A DNA stretch of 64,000 nucleotides from Leptogorgia sarmentosa (taxonomy: Eukaryota): NCBI GenBank assembly GCA_964658305.1, contig OZ210885.1, positions 20,956,001 through 21,020,000 on the forward strand. Reading direction: 5' to 3'. This document shows positions 1 through 11,830 of the stretch, piece after piece; the first letter of the stretch is position 1, and each line of letters opens with the position of its first letter. The position numbers were made by a program, and so were the translations under genes. Below the pieces are notes generated by a model. That model worked only from the letters and a program-made list of their open reading frames with translations. It did not search any database and was not told where the DNA came from.

Positions 1-1558
1 GAAATCTACTGGATCCCGAGATTGAGGAGACTGACTAAAAGAGTCATAATGCGGTGCTACGGGTGCAAACGGTTCCAAGCTTTACCCTTCCCAACTCCAC
101 AACCGGGGAAATTACCCAAAGATCCGACGGAAGGAGACGCCCCATTCCAAGTCATAGGAGTTGATTATGCTGGTCCAATCAGATACCGGAAACGAGGAAA
201 GAAAGAGGCCAAAGCCTACATAATTGTGTACGCATGTTCGCTGACTCGCGTGTTGTATCTCGAACTAACGAAGACCATGAGCACCGAAGAATTCCTTGCA
301 ACGTTCAAACGGTTCATTGCGCGAAAGGGAAGACCTAAGAAAGTCTACTCGGATAACGCGAAGACATTTGCAGCCAGAGCGAAGTGGTTGAAACAAGTTA
401 TGAATGATGAAAAGTTCAATAATTTCCTCGCAAAGATGTCGATCAAGTGGCAGTTCAACTTAAGTCGAGCGCCGTGGTGGGGCGGCCAATACGAGAGACT
501 GATCGGAGTCGTGAAGCAAGCCTTATACAAAACTATTGGGAACGGATTCTTATCCTGGACGAAGTTGGAGGATGTAATTTTGGACGTCGAAGTGGCACTA
601 AATAATCGGCCGCTTAGTTACGTGGAAGATGATCTACAGCTGCCAGTACTCACACCGAATGCATTACAGTTTTGTCAACCAAATGTTTTGCCAGAGCTGC
701 CGGAACACCATGTTGAAAACCACGACCTTCGTAAGAGGGCGAAACATCTCATCGGAGATGTAAAGACGCGTTATGGGGGAGATGGTCGTCAGAATATCTA
801 AAGGCTCTGCGAGAACGACATAACATGAAACACAGAAATAAAACCTTAAGTTTAAAGATCGGAGACGTCGTTATTGTGAAAGGTGAAGAAAAGAACCGGG
901 GAAAGTGGAAAATCGGAATCGCGGAGCGGTTTATCATCGGTAAAGACGGTACAGTACGGGGAGCTGAGGTACGAGTCGGGGCAGAACGGACGCTAGAGCG
1001 CGCAGTTCAACATCTATACCCACTGGAGCTTTCCTGCGATACAGATAAGAAATCGAAGACAACGCTGAACGTTGACGTACCAGAATTCCGGCCAATGCGA
1101 AATGCTGCAGCAGTAGCAAAATGTCGGATTCAAGATACTATGGACGGAGAAGAGTCATAAACTCTTAAGACTACCCAGTATTTGAATCCTTCATATACAG
1201 AATATAACTATATAGCCACATTATCAGTACATAAATGGACAATATAGCGGACACTTTAGAGACTTAAAATATATAGTCCAAGTTGTTTTGTTTGTATAGT
1301 TGAGGTAAAATTACACACATCGGACGAATAGGGGGAGTGTGTCGGGGACTGTCGTAATATTAACTAATTAAATCCAATTAATAATTAGCAATCATCTCGT
1401 ATAAGTGCATGTCAGAGAGAGGACACATGAGTCTTAAGCGTGATAGCGTGATTACAGAAGGGAGTGATTTGGGAGCTGTGATTTTGTATTAAATAAAATT
1501 ATATAAAACTATTGTGAGTGTGTTGGTTTAACAAAGGCCTCAGACGGCATTCCCAACA
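1..1558 (+). mobile_element. BEL/Pao LTR retrotransposon, 3' part (integrase, DUF5641-like tail, PPT, 3' LTR), cut by window edge
   Basis: ORF 22-801 has CxxC, GVDYAGP, YSDNAKTF, APWWGGQYERL; frameshifts into ORF 825-1160 (GDVVIVK..RGKWK..LYPLEL). PPT GGGGGAG at 1331-1337; LTR 1340-1558 TGTCGGGGA...TTCCCAACA. Confidence 0.93.
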
Positions 1559-1559
1559 C

Positions 1560-1705
1560 AATACACGTAGATGAATATATTAGTCATTTTATTTAGTTTA
1601 ATTTATATAGTCGAATAATTATCCTAGTTTAAAATTGCAAATGATTTTGTAATTCAACCCTCGGGTTGCCACGAATTTATTTAATAAACTATCTATCTAT
1701 CTACC
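1560..1705 (+). repeat. Probable LINE 3' tail (CR1/L2-like)
   Basis: AATAAA followed by a (CTAT)n tail at about 1683-1703, after a short GC-rich motif. Confidence 0.4.
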
Positions 1706-2159
1706 TGATAGTATTTCTGCTGCACCAAATTTCAGATATTATCGCATTATCAATTGTCTTTTCTTCCTCCTCTCCAAAAGGATTCCACACTGGTTCCAGT
1801 GTAGCAATGGTATCATTTACATCATTCATATCTTTGTCTTCTTCAGCATCTTGATGCCTGATTCTCAAGTTTCTTTAAAAAAACAAATTTATTCTTATAC
1901 ATATGATCACATAAACCAGGATCACTCTACGCCCTGAACCACCACATTTATATGACAAATTTTTAACATGAATCTTTGGGTTTTTTAAAAGATTTCTGTG
2001 AGAAAATAAATATCTTATGTACAAGGTAATAAGTGGTAATATCTAGTGGTCGAGTTTGTTGCAATATATTCAGGAGTTGCTTACAATGCTGAGAATGCAG
2101 TAAGTACATCTGTCATATAATACTGTGTAAATTCCATTCAATACTAAAATATGCTATTT

Positions 2160-2830
2160 ACCCCTGCCAAGGCTTTGTTTGCTTTTTCCAGTTCCACAAC
2201 CCTACTTCTTAGTTTTTGTTTCACATCTTCAGCTTTTCTGTACTTGTCATACAATTTGGTATGTCGTTGTTTATATTCCTGGCAGCCCTCACATGAAGAA
2301 CGAGAAATATCACCAGCATCGTCTGTATTTGCTTCCATGCTCATTTCGAGTTCTACTCTTGAAATATCTCCTTTGCATTCTTGCTCACTTTGTTGTTGTG
2401 CAGTTGTGAAACTAGCATCACAAAGAATCTGTTAAATACAGCAACAGTAGTTTTTCAATGAGGATATGAAATTTCTTGAAACTGACGTGTTTTAATTTAC
2501 ATATTATGAAATTATGTAATATAATGCCACACCTGTCTGCGCTCCTGTTGTGAAACTTGATGCCGGTTTCTTTTTCAGACTGGACAGTGTCAATGGTTGG
2601 AACAGCACAAGTTCTGTCCAGTAGTCGCTTATTTGTAATCTCTCTGCCTATTTCTAAACCAAGATCAAGCCTCTGATGAAATCATTGTTGCTCAAAATGC
2701 GCAGAACATAAGCACGAATAAGGTGAAGGCTGCCAGTCTGCCATTCTATGTTGCCTGATGAACTTTACCCACAAACGCCACAATCGATTGCCAGGTTTTG
2801 GAAATTCATGCATAAATATTACCACGATAA
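2160..2830 (-). pseudogene. THAP-domain gene remnant with downstream coiled-coil exon
   Basis: Manual - strand translation of about 2830-2580: MHEFPKP..LWVKFIRQHR..WQPSPYSCLCSAHFEQQ*..LL..AVPTI (THAP signatures HxFP, W, CSxHF, AVPTI) with an in-frame stop. The next exon (about 2430-2160) has CEGC and a coiled coil. Confidence 0.7.
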
Positions 2831-2884
2831 TCAGGGCGTTAAACAGTGCCAGAAACGCAAAAAAATCACCTACTAAAAATTCAT

Positions 2885-3300
2885 GTCATGACGCTCTACC
2901 GTAATAAAATAAATCGCTTATTAAAACTTAGCAAAAGACAATATTACAATGATTATTTTAATGTTAATATTTCTGATTCTAAGCGAATATGGAAAGGTAT
3001 TAGACGACTTATTATTCTTAAGCCACAAACCTTATCTAAACCAACTAAATTAATTTTAAATAATTCTGAAATTTGTGATCCTAAGTCCATTGCAAACACT
3101 TGTAATAATTATTTCGCTAATATGGGAAATAACTTAACATGTTAATATTCCCAAGGTGAATAAATGTCCATCCAATTATTTAACTACACCTTTAGGAAAC
3201 AGTTTCTATCTTTTCCCCATCATATCCATAGAGATTGAAAAAGAAAGGTCCACTGGTCCTTATAGTATGCCAATGATTGTTTCAAAATTGCTTACGAGTA
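2885..3300 (+). mobile_element. L2/Crack/CR1-group LINE ORF2 fragment (region before the RT)
   Basis: YRNKINRLLKLSKRQYYNDYF..KRIWKGI..IANTCNNYFANMG..SFYLFPI..STGPYSMP; interrupted by a stop. Confidence 0.75.
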
Positions 3301-3595
3301 TGGTGGCCGAGAAGTGCCATAACGAATTATATATATATATTTTTAAACTAAAAATAAAATAATATAAAATTAAATTAATTAAAAAACTAAACAAAGTAAA
3401 AATAAAATGAAATAAAAACAAACTAAAATAAATATCAATGTAAAGTAAAATCAAAATAAAATCATTCATGGCCAGGAACTGCCAATAGACCATCATGCAT
3501 CGGTGCAATTGTCAGTTTGCAAGATAAAGTACTTAGAGGTTTTTGACCGCTAGTCAGACATAGCAAGAATGTGGCTCATGATATTCGCACACAAA

Positions 3596-4803
3596 ATGCC
3601 AGCTAATAAAGACACATGGGAGGCTTATAAACTGAAAATCAAAGACAAAAGGTGTAAAAAAGGCAAAGCTTTACCAACTGGTAAAGGATTGAATAGCGAA
3701 GATTTGATTTTGCAAAAAGGCGAAACAGTCGTGCAAAGCTTGATCGCCGAAGTGGCTGGGAAAGCCCAGAAATATAACAGATATGGGCAACGCAAATTTG
3801 TGTCATTCGTGTTTCTGCCATTAAAAATGCTTGTGAAAAGCATTTCAGAGCATCGAGTCAGGGATTACTGTGTGATGTACTTGCAGGTGACCAGGGGGCA
3901 TCGTGTTCGTCAGTCCATCAGCTTCCTGACTTAAAGGTAAAGTTTCGTTAAATTATTTTAACATATAGTATTAAAGAGCCTATTTGAGTATTTGTAGGGA
4001 GGCAGTGGGGGAGGAGGGGACACACCAAAGGGGCAAAATTGGGGGACACGTGCACACTGGAAAGTAGGCCACTTTCATCATAGATAGTTACTACTAAAGT
4101 TGTGTTATTGTGGCAGTTCTGATGATTTTGAATGTGATTTCAAGGACTTTTGGGGTGGGATTCCAATCTCGTATAGTTAATAATTTGGATCTAGGTATTT
4201 TGCATTCTATAGTTTAGATATACTGTAACTTTATAAAGTTTTCTATTCATTAGGTGGTGCATGTCAGGTTTATAAAGCCATGAAGGTGGCTTTCGAAAAG
4301 CGTTCAAAGCAAGCAGGACCTGGAAGATCACACAAAGAAGGTTATCCAGATGCATAACCTTTCAAAACATTTTGCAGATCAACTTACCCAAATTATAAAA
4401 TGTTATTGAACACTTTGGGCCAGTTGTGCAATTTGACGACGTTTATTTTGGTAAGTTGCTAGAAACAGGCGAGTGCATCACTATCGAGAGGTATATTGAA
4501 GGCACATTTGAAAAATACTTAAACAATACTGGAGAGCTTTGTGTTCCTGAAGCAAATCTAATTGGTCAGAAGGCTGCATGCCTTGCACATTTCTCCTATG
4601 AGAAATCAAAGAAGCAGTTGATGGTTCTCAATTTATGAGGTAGTGGCCATCATTTCTATGACCCTGAGATAGCATCAACAGAATTTGTTGGAAAGGACAA
4701 TGAATACATGTTCTGTGCAGGCAATCTCAGTGCAGATGCAATTACTACATTCTTTGACAACCACAAATGCAATATGTTTTGCAAACTAATTGGACTGGAG
4801 TAA
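3596..4803 (+). pseudogene. Alpha-kinase (eEF2K/TRPM6-7 kinase-domain family), two exons, disrupted
   Basis: Exon 1 from ATG 3596 to a GT donor near 3937. Exon 2 from about 4254: EGGFRKAFKA..TIERYIEGTFEKYLNN..LAHFSYEKS..LMVLNL*GSG..YDPEIAS..FCAGNL..HKCNMFC..GL* (stop 4801-4803). Internal deletion, frameshifts and a premature TGA. Confidence 0.88.
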
Positions 4804-5026
4804 ATGCATGCACCCAAACAAGTTACTTCTTTTACTTATGGGCTTATCTCATTTCTAAATATAGAGATTTTCTATTTATTTATTATTCTGTTGAAGAAAA
4901 CATTTGAGTTACAGCTACTGCTAGTTCATTTGGTAGCAATCATTTACACTTAAACAATGAGTTTTGTATTTACAGTACAAGACACTCGGGAGTTATACAA
5001 TTTAGACCTAAAGTGTGGAAGAATTT

Positions 5027-5490
5027 CTATTCTGACACTTGCAATCTTTCTGTAAGAAATATAAATGCATCAGCACAATGTGATGGCTCCAAATTTTGGG
5101 GATCTGGTAGTATTCTCGCACAACATTTTCGAAAATCAGAATCCAAATAATCATCATTACATTCCAGGACGTCAGACAGTTCTGCAACCTCTTTTAATTG
5201 CTGTTCATCAATTTTCCAGCCTAAAATACATTTAAGATAATATATAACACCAAGATCGTGACAACACTTGCTTGTTTCTGTCCATATTTTTTATTGGTAT
5301 GTTATATAATACATACCACAGTCAACTAGACCATATTTTTCACAGAAATTGTAAATGTGGTTTGGAATCCCATCAGGGAGTAAAGTGTTCTTCTGTTCCC
5401 GTATCCTGTGACTGTTCCACATATCAACAAATATCCCAATCTCTTCCTGCATTAATGGTATCATTATATAAGAGAGCATTGACCTATAAA
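5027..5490 (-). pseudogene. IS3-like (IS3EU-type) transposase, C-terminal two exons
   Basis: IPLMQEEIGIFVDMWNSHRIREQKNTLLPDGIPNHIY..YGL..CG, intron about 5315-5222, then WKIDEQQLKEVAELS..DAFIFL..* (stop 5027-5029). The WNxHRIR motif is typical of this family's C-terminus. Confidence 0.65.
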
Positions 5491-5734
5491 ATTAGGTGAT
5501 CATAAAACGGCAAATACAATAAAATGGCATTTACAGTAAAATACTAGAACAAGCACAGCTAGATAGATAGACACTTTATTTATTCACCATGACATATATT
5601 CATAGCTTTAATGTGTTGCGTACAATCTGTTAGGAAGATGGACAATTCACAGCAGTTGTGCTTATATAAAAATGTCATGTTGTCACGTAATAAAGTGACG
5701 TAAAGGTAAAAGCCCACAACATCCAGGCTATACT

Positions 5735-5870
5735 CACCATTGTAAACAGAGACAGCAAAAGAGTTGTATTTCGTCCGTTTTGATAGTGCCCCATCAAGTA
5801 AAGCGTCTAAACCTTCATCATTTAAGCTAATGAACCTTGTATTTTCTTGTGCATTTCCTGCATTGGCCAA
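5735..5870 (-). pseudogene. Crypton/KCTD1-like N-terminal exon fragment
   Basis: RFISLNDEGLDALLDGALSKRTKY..FAVSVY resembles CryptonA N-termini; a GT donor follows. Confidence 0.45.
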
Positions 5871-6013
5871 ATTAAAAATACCACGAGAAGCAGAGGCAAT
5901 TAGCTGTGTTTACATAATCTCACATCAAGACGGCTGTTAGCCAATTACACATCAGGTCCTAGACTAAATAACAGTGTGTCCATGTGCTTATCACACCACT
6001 GCCAAAAATCAAA

Positions 6014-6400
6014 ATGGTGGGTTTTTGCAATAATGAGTGGAAAGATGATTTAATCCTCAAACAAACGTTACAGAAGTACGTGAAAAATGGTCTTTGCCAA
6101 GAAGAAATATTGGACTCTGTGGTTAGAGATTTTGAGCAATATCCGTGGAGTATAAGAACACTAGATCGAAGGCTACGACATTTTGAAATATACTATCATG
6201 ACCACACTGTTTCAGTTGAACAAGTACAAGAAGCTGTTTGTAAATAATTGGAAGGGCCTGGGAAGCTGCTTGGTTATCGAGCAATGCAGCAAAAGATTTG
6301 TAAATACCATGGCCTTATTGTGCCAAGAGACTTTGTGTACGTTGTCATCAATGAGCAAGATCCTGTTGCCTTGGAAAGAAGAGCCCCTGGGTTAAGACAA
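6014..6400 (+). pseudogene. IS3-like (IS3EU-type) transposase N-terminal fragment
   Basis: WKDDLILK..YV..EILD..RDF..YPWSIRTLDRRLRHF..*LEGPGKLLGYRAM..HGLIVPRD..DP..LERR; in-frame stop; truncated before the catalytic core. Confidence 0.6.
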
Positions 6401-6536
6401 AGGGAAGAAAGGGAACAACGCGTAGACCCGAACTCATGGGATGAAATGTAAATAGGCATCCGTACTGCTTTCGTTGAGTACCTGTGCCGTTTTTATCCGT
6501 GCCGTACCAAAACAATCCTGTAGTGTAAATGGGCCT
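6400..6536. mobile_element. Harbinger-like non-autonomous element, one end only
   Basis: Ends AGTGTAAATGGGCCT followed by TAA; subterminal repeated GTGCCGT. Confidence 0.4.
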
Positions 6537-6942
6537 TAAAGATCATTTATACCAAGATCTGTGAAGTTTTGAAGTAATGCAGTGCATATTATCTTCCAAT
6601 TATCCGATATTTCATCGAATATGCCGCCGTTGCGATGCCTCTACGATTCGTTGTCTTTACTCGGTTTTACTTTACTCTTTCTCAAAGTACTTCATTGTAA
6701 AACAGTTCCAACGAAAAATTAAGAACATTGGCTGCATTTGAAAGGTAAAAACCACCCATAACACATATAGTATGAAAAACCAAAACATAAAATTTTAAAT
6801 TCACGCGCAAGTCTGCGAAAACTCCTCGTGGGCGACCTGACAGGGGGTGAATATTTGGACGAAGCGCAACACAGCAACCCAAGAAATGTATAATCATGTA
6901 TTATTATAATGATTAATATGAACGATCTGATATTGTAAATTT

Positions 6943-7095
6943 ACGGTGGATCATCTTGATGCAATATAGTGTCAATAGGAAAAGTTATATAATGTTCACG
7001 TTAGATCATCTTGATGCAATATAGTGTAGATAGGGAAAGTTATATAATATTCACGGTGGATCATCTTGATGCAATATAGTGTAGATAGGAAAAGT
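6943..7095. repeat. 55-bp tandem repeat, about 2.8 copies
   Basis: Units start at 6944, 6999 and 7054 with core GATCATCTTGATGCAATATAGTGT. Confidence 0.92.
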
Positions 7096-7259
7096 ACACT
7101 GTGCAAATTAAAGTTTAATTTGCACAGTTGTTGAAGCTTTTTAGCCAATCAGCGTCCAGGAAATTGACAACAATGATATTAAGAGGGTAATTCCACTTTA
7201 CACCCCCCTCGATTTTGACCTTGGGAGGGTAATTCCACTTTATATTCCCCTCTACTTGA

Positions 7260-8490
7260 ACTTTGACCAGTGATGAAATCAATGATGAAATTGAGAGGCT
7301 CTTAGCAAAAGATGTGAAAAACACTGAAAAAGCAACAAGTCAAGCCTGTAAAATTAAGTATTTGCAAAGTCAGTTGACGTAGCACAAGCTGAAGCAGACA
7401 ATACTTCCTTGGACAAAGCTTTGGCAAAGTTTTATGCAACTGCAAAGAAAGAAGACGGCTCTAGAAACAAGGCAGGGTCGTTTTCAATACTCAGGCAAGG
7501 TCTAAGGCGTCATTATTCAGAAGCACGGGGCATTGATATCATTAATGATAAAGAATTTAGTTACGGTACGAATGTTTTCAAGGCTACCATGACTGATTTG
7601 CGCCAACAAGGCTTAGGAGCAATAAAACACCATGCTCCAATAACAAAAGCTACATGCAGAAACTTTACAGCGGGAAAATGTGTGTTTTCGATGTGGAATT
7701 GCTGTATGGGTTATTGCAAAAAGTGTGGTTCGAAGTCATGTATTACCTGTGTTGTCGTGGGCAAGAGAATCTCCTTGGTATGACAAAAGCAACATTTTGT
7801 GTCGACACAGACAGCAGAGGAAGAAGATTTGTTTATCAGAAGGTAGATGAATTGGAGAAAAACCATCGGAATCATGGTACAGGAAGTGTCACACAAGGGA
7901 GAATGTATGAACTACCAGGTAATCTTTTAATAAAAATTAAATAAATCAAAATATTGATTCAAAGTGCTAAAATTTTGTTTTGTTTTGTTGACAAATATAG
8001 GTAATGCTGCTTGTCCTGTTCAATCGTACTTGAAATACCTGTCTAAACTCCATCCAGAAAGAGAAGATCTTTGGCAGAGGCCAAAAGATGCATTTTATGA
8101 AGAACATCCAGTTTGGTATTGCAACACTCCCATAGGGAAGAATTCATTGGCATCAATAATGACTACAATTTCTAGGCGAGCAGAACTTTCTCAGCATTAT
8201 ACAAACCACTGCATTAGGACAACAGCCATTACTATCCCAGATGAAGAAGGTATTAATTGATAGTCCATTGACCTCAAATTGACTGTCTTTTACAATATTG
8301 ACTCCTAGTCTTTGTTTTGTACATTTTTAGGATACGAGGCCAGGCATATCATGGCAGTGTCGGGACACAAATCAGAAGCAAGTATCCGATCATATTCCCA
8401 CACAGTATCAGAAGAACAGACTCATGATATGTCAGCCTCATTGACTGTGGCAACGAACAATGAAATTACACATGTCATTCCGCAAGATTC
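7260..8490 (+). mobile_element. CryptonA-type tyrosine recombinase (DUF3504/KCTD1-like), intron-containing, frameshifted
   Basis: LDKALAKFYATAKKEDG..DIINDKEF..CCRGQENL..ELEKNH..CPVQSY..LWQRPK..WYCNTPIGKN..YTNHCIRTT..IMAVSGHKSEASIRSY carries the catalytic R, HxxR, H and Y. GT-AG introns at about 7919-8000 and 8250-8330. Confidence 0.88.
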
Positions 8491-9042
8491 TCAATTCTAT
8501 CACATCATCAGTCTACGCCACTACGGAGTCACATGACATGCGCATGCGCACTTCAGGTCAGTGCTTGCACGTTGCAGGGAAGTGAACAACTTGGTTTGTG
8601 AGTAGCTGAACAAAATTCTAGTTTTATTGTTAATCCAGCATGAAATCTAGACAAGAACTTTAGCAAACGAAGGGGACAGACAGTGAGTATACCGTTTGCA
8701 TAGTTTTATCGTTTATATAGGGGAAGAAGTGTAGAACATCACAAATATGACTGAAGAAACATTGGATATAAACAACACAGTCAAACAGCCCGAGGGTGAC
8801 AATTCGACAAACATTGACGTTACAACCCAGGCTACATTAGCAAAAATTGATAAAAACATGAGCCGAATGGCAGACTACATGGCTACGCGGAAACATTGCA
8901 ACATGTGCCTTGATTCTGGATTTGCAATAGTCCATAGGTGACTGTAAAAAGAATAATTGACCTTTACAACAACATAGTACAATCATTGTACAACAGTAGG
9001 AACAAGTCAATGGAACAACCACCCAATAAAATAGATGTAATG

Positions 9043-9235
9043 CCCCTAATTCCAAACTAAACCTAACCCTATCTTAACCCTAACAATAATAGTGACCATA
9101 ATCCTAACTCAAACATTCGCCCTAACCCCAACTTAAGTTAACCCTAACCATAATACTGACCATAAGCGTACCATAATACTGACCATAGTTCTAACCCCAA
9201 CCCTAAACCTAACCCTAACCAATTGAACCCTAACT
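9043..9235. repeat. Degenerate (CCCTAA)n-like tract
   Basis: Repeated CCTAAC/CCCTAA hexamers mixed with CCATAATACTGA units. Confidence 0.7.
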
Positions 9236-9409
9236 GGAACAAGAATCAACCATTATTTATTTTCGATTTTGTATGGGTAATCAAATCGCAACTAAATGTT
9301 AATTCACTTTCACTTAAAGACCAGTAAGGTAATTAAATTAATTTCATCTATAAACTAATAATAAGTTTGCGTATAAGTGTTTGAAGTGAGCGGACCAAAT
9401 ACCAAATAC

Positions 9410-10500
9410 CAAAATCATAAATAACATCCTCACATCAATTACTATTTGCTTCTGTGATTCCACATACTCCAGCAGTATCAATGCTTTCTTCACAGTTTCA
9501 GCACTTACATCTTTCGGCAGAGATCTTGGCTTTCAACCTCGTATGAGACAGCTCAATACATGCGTAAGGATATGCAAAGATACCGATATATCTCTGTAAC
9601 AGATCAACGCGCTTGGATTTTGGGTGAGGGACGCCTTCTCCTATCGCATCATTAACAGCTTTAATGAAATCCGCATTCAGACTATCTACCATTTCTTTTG
9701 CACCGCTGGACAAATGAAACTCCTTTCTATCTAAATGTAAATTATACATTTCTATGAATACATCAGTAAATGACTTTAACGGAATTTCTTCAGGTGCCGC
9801 CTTGGCATCTTCTGTTTCCTGTGGCGTTGGACGAAAACAAACCGGAAACCAAACAAGAAATCTGTCCAAAAGACAATGTCCTTGGTCCATACGACATATC
9901 AAGGCGAACGGCAAAAGGAACCTGAGTCGAACCCACTATAGAAAAGGGCACATTTGATGAGATTTCTCTTGTTGATTCTGTGGCATATCTAAATGACAAT
10001 CTCTCCCGAAAACAAGCAACACAACAATTGCACATCTCCAGTGCCATTGTCCTCGTCGCTTTTCAGAAGTTTATTCAAAATGTCGTAGATTTCAGGAGAA
10101 CATAAAAAAAGCTTTTCTTTGTTCAGCAATACATTTGACCAAACCCGACGAAGTCGATCACTCGACCATAAAATTGCCTAAGTCAAAACTGTCCCGTACA
10201 GCAATTAATGGTTCGACTGAACAGACTCTCATAGATTGTGACTTTCCTGTAGGTGGGCCAACTACAATGGTATATAGATTCAAAGGTATCTTGTGTTCTG
10301 CAGATAATGCAATTACTGAGTTGTTCATACCAGACACAAATGCAGTGGTTGTTAACAGACAAGGAACCATGTAGCCGATAGAACAACTTATAGATAACGC
10401 TTGGTTGCGTATAAATTTGAAAACGTCTTGTGGAAATACATCTTGGTAAGATACGGGAATAGAAATCAGTCTGTGATGCAGCTAAAACCAAGTATTCTCA
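9410..10500 (-). pseudogene. DUF3987/YfjI-like P-loop ATPase, frameshifted
   Basis: Stitched ORFs: NLYTIVVGPPTGKSQSM (Walker A)..TSSGL..SPEIYD..LLCCLFSGE..YAT..RE..FSIVGSTQ..HCLLDRFLV; stops and frameshifts. Confidence 0.6.
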
Positions 10501-10861
10501 TGCTGCTTGCTAATTTTTATCAGTTTGAGGAAGACATTCAGCACATGCACTCGATCGCACTTGCTGAAATTCGAATGAAAATGTAAATGAATGTATTTGT
10601 ACAAAAAAATTCTGTAGACGAGACTTAACTCATTATACATGGCTTTCATCATGCTACACTTATGTACACATGATAACCAATTGAACACGACAATCTCACG
10701 AAGATATTGCCCTCAAGATAGAACCTGTATTCTTCTCCATTGTGTCGAACGAGTCTGAGAGCAATGTCATAGAACAAAAGACTGAAATAATTTACATACA
10801 TTTTCATCCAAAGTAGAAACTTAATAAGCCTCACCAGATTAACAAAAGTCTGCATGTCGAA

Positions 10862-11830
10862 ATGTATACAGTAAAACGAACCCGAAACACAGCATCACAA
10901 GCTGGAACGTCTGCTCTCTCTTTAAAAACCAAGAGTACACAGTGTGCACAACCACCTCTGTACAAAAGGAGCTACAACCGCAATGAAAGCAAACAAGCAA
11001 CATCAACTTACGATGAACTGAAGCAAAACTATTTAGCCGACAAAGAAACCACAATTGAATGGCTAAATGAAATTGGTCTGATTACTAAAGAGACCATTTG
11101 TAGAAGCTGTGGAAATGTCATGAAATGGACAAAATGCGCAGATAGATCAGATGGCTACAAGTTCAAATGCCGAGGTACAAAATCAATCAAGCGCCATAGA
11201 ATAGAGAAAAGCATAAGGGAGAATACCTGGTTCGACAAAACTAATCTAACGCTAGAAGAAGTTGTACAGTTTACTTATTGGTGGTCGCAAGACCAAATAA
11301 TGACTCAACTACGATTGTCTACAAATACCATAGTCGATTGGTTTATGTTTTGCCGAGAAGTATGCGATGTAATAATTGGGAGGGAAAGTCAACAAATTGG
11401 TGGCAAAGGCAAACAAGTTCAAATTGATGAATCGAAAGTGGGGAAACGTAAGTACCATAAGGGCCATTATGTCGAGGGTCAATGGATTTTTGGAGGAATA
11501 GAAGAAGATTCGAGAAAGTGCTTTCTTGTCACAGTTGAAGACAGATCAGAAAAAACACTCTTAACCCTAATAAAGAAATGGATCCAGAATCTGTTATAAT
11601 GTCAGATTGTTGGAAGGGTTACATAAACCTTGAAAAGTATAGTTATATTCATAAGACAGTAAATCATTCACATGAATTTAAAAATGAGGACGGCGACCAT
11701 ACAAATAAAATAGAAGGACATTGGAACCAAATGAAAGCCGCATTCCCAACCCACGGAAGATGAAAATATCATTATTCCTACTATTTAGCCGAATTTATAT
11801 GGAGGTACATTCATAAAGATGAAGATTTGT
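10862..11830 (+). mobile_element. Merlin (IS1595/IS1016-like) DDE transposase, disrupted
   Basis: CxxC zinc ribbon; IGG..VQIDESKVGKRKYHKG..WIFGGIE..; SDCWKGY..HKTVNHS..HTNKIEGHW..YLAEFIWR. Frameshift near 11590 and a stop at 11761. No TIRs found. Confidence 0.92.

Noticed and set aside
3596..4803. TRPM6/TRPM7 or EEF2K host gene
   Set aside because: No channel or other flanking domains; only a disrupted stand-alone kinase domain, so no symbol is assigned.
6943..7095. CRISPR-like repeat
   Set aside because: The whole 55-bp unit repeats; it is a simple minisatellite.
9043..9235. True telomere or fusion site
   Set aside because: Short, highly degenerate, single orientation and mixed with other motifs.
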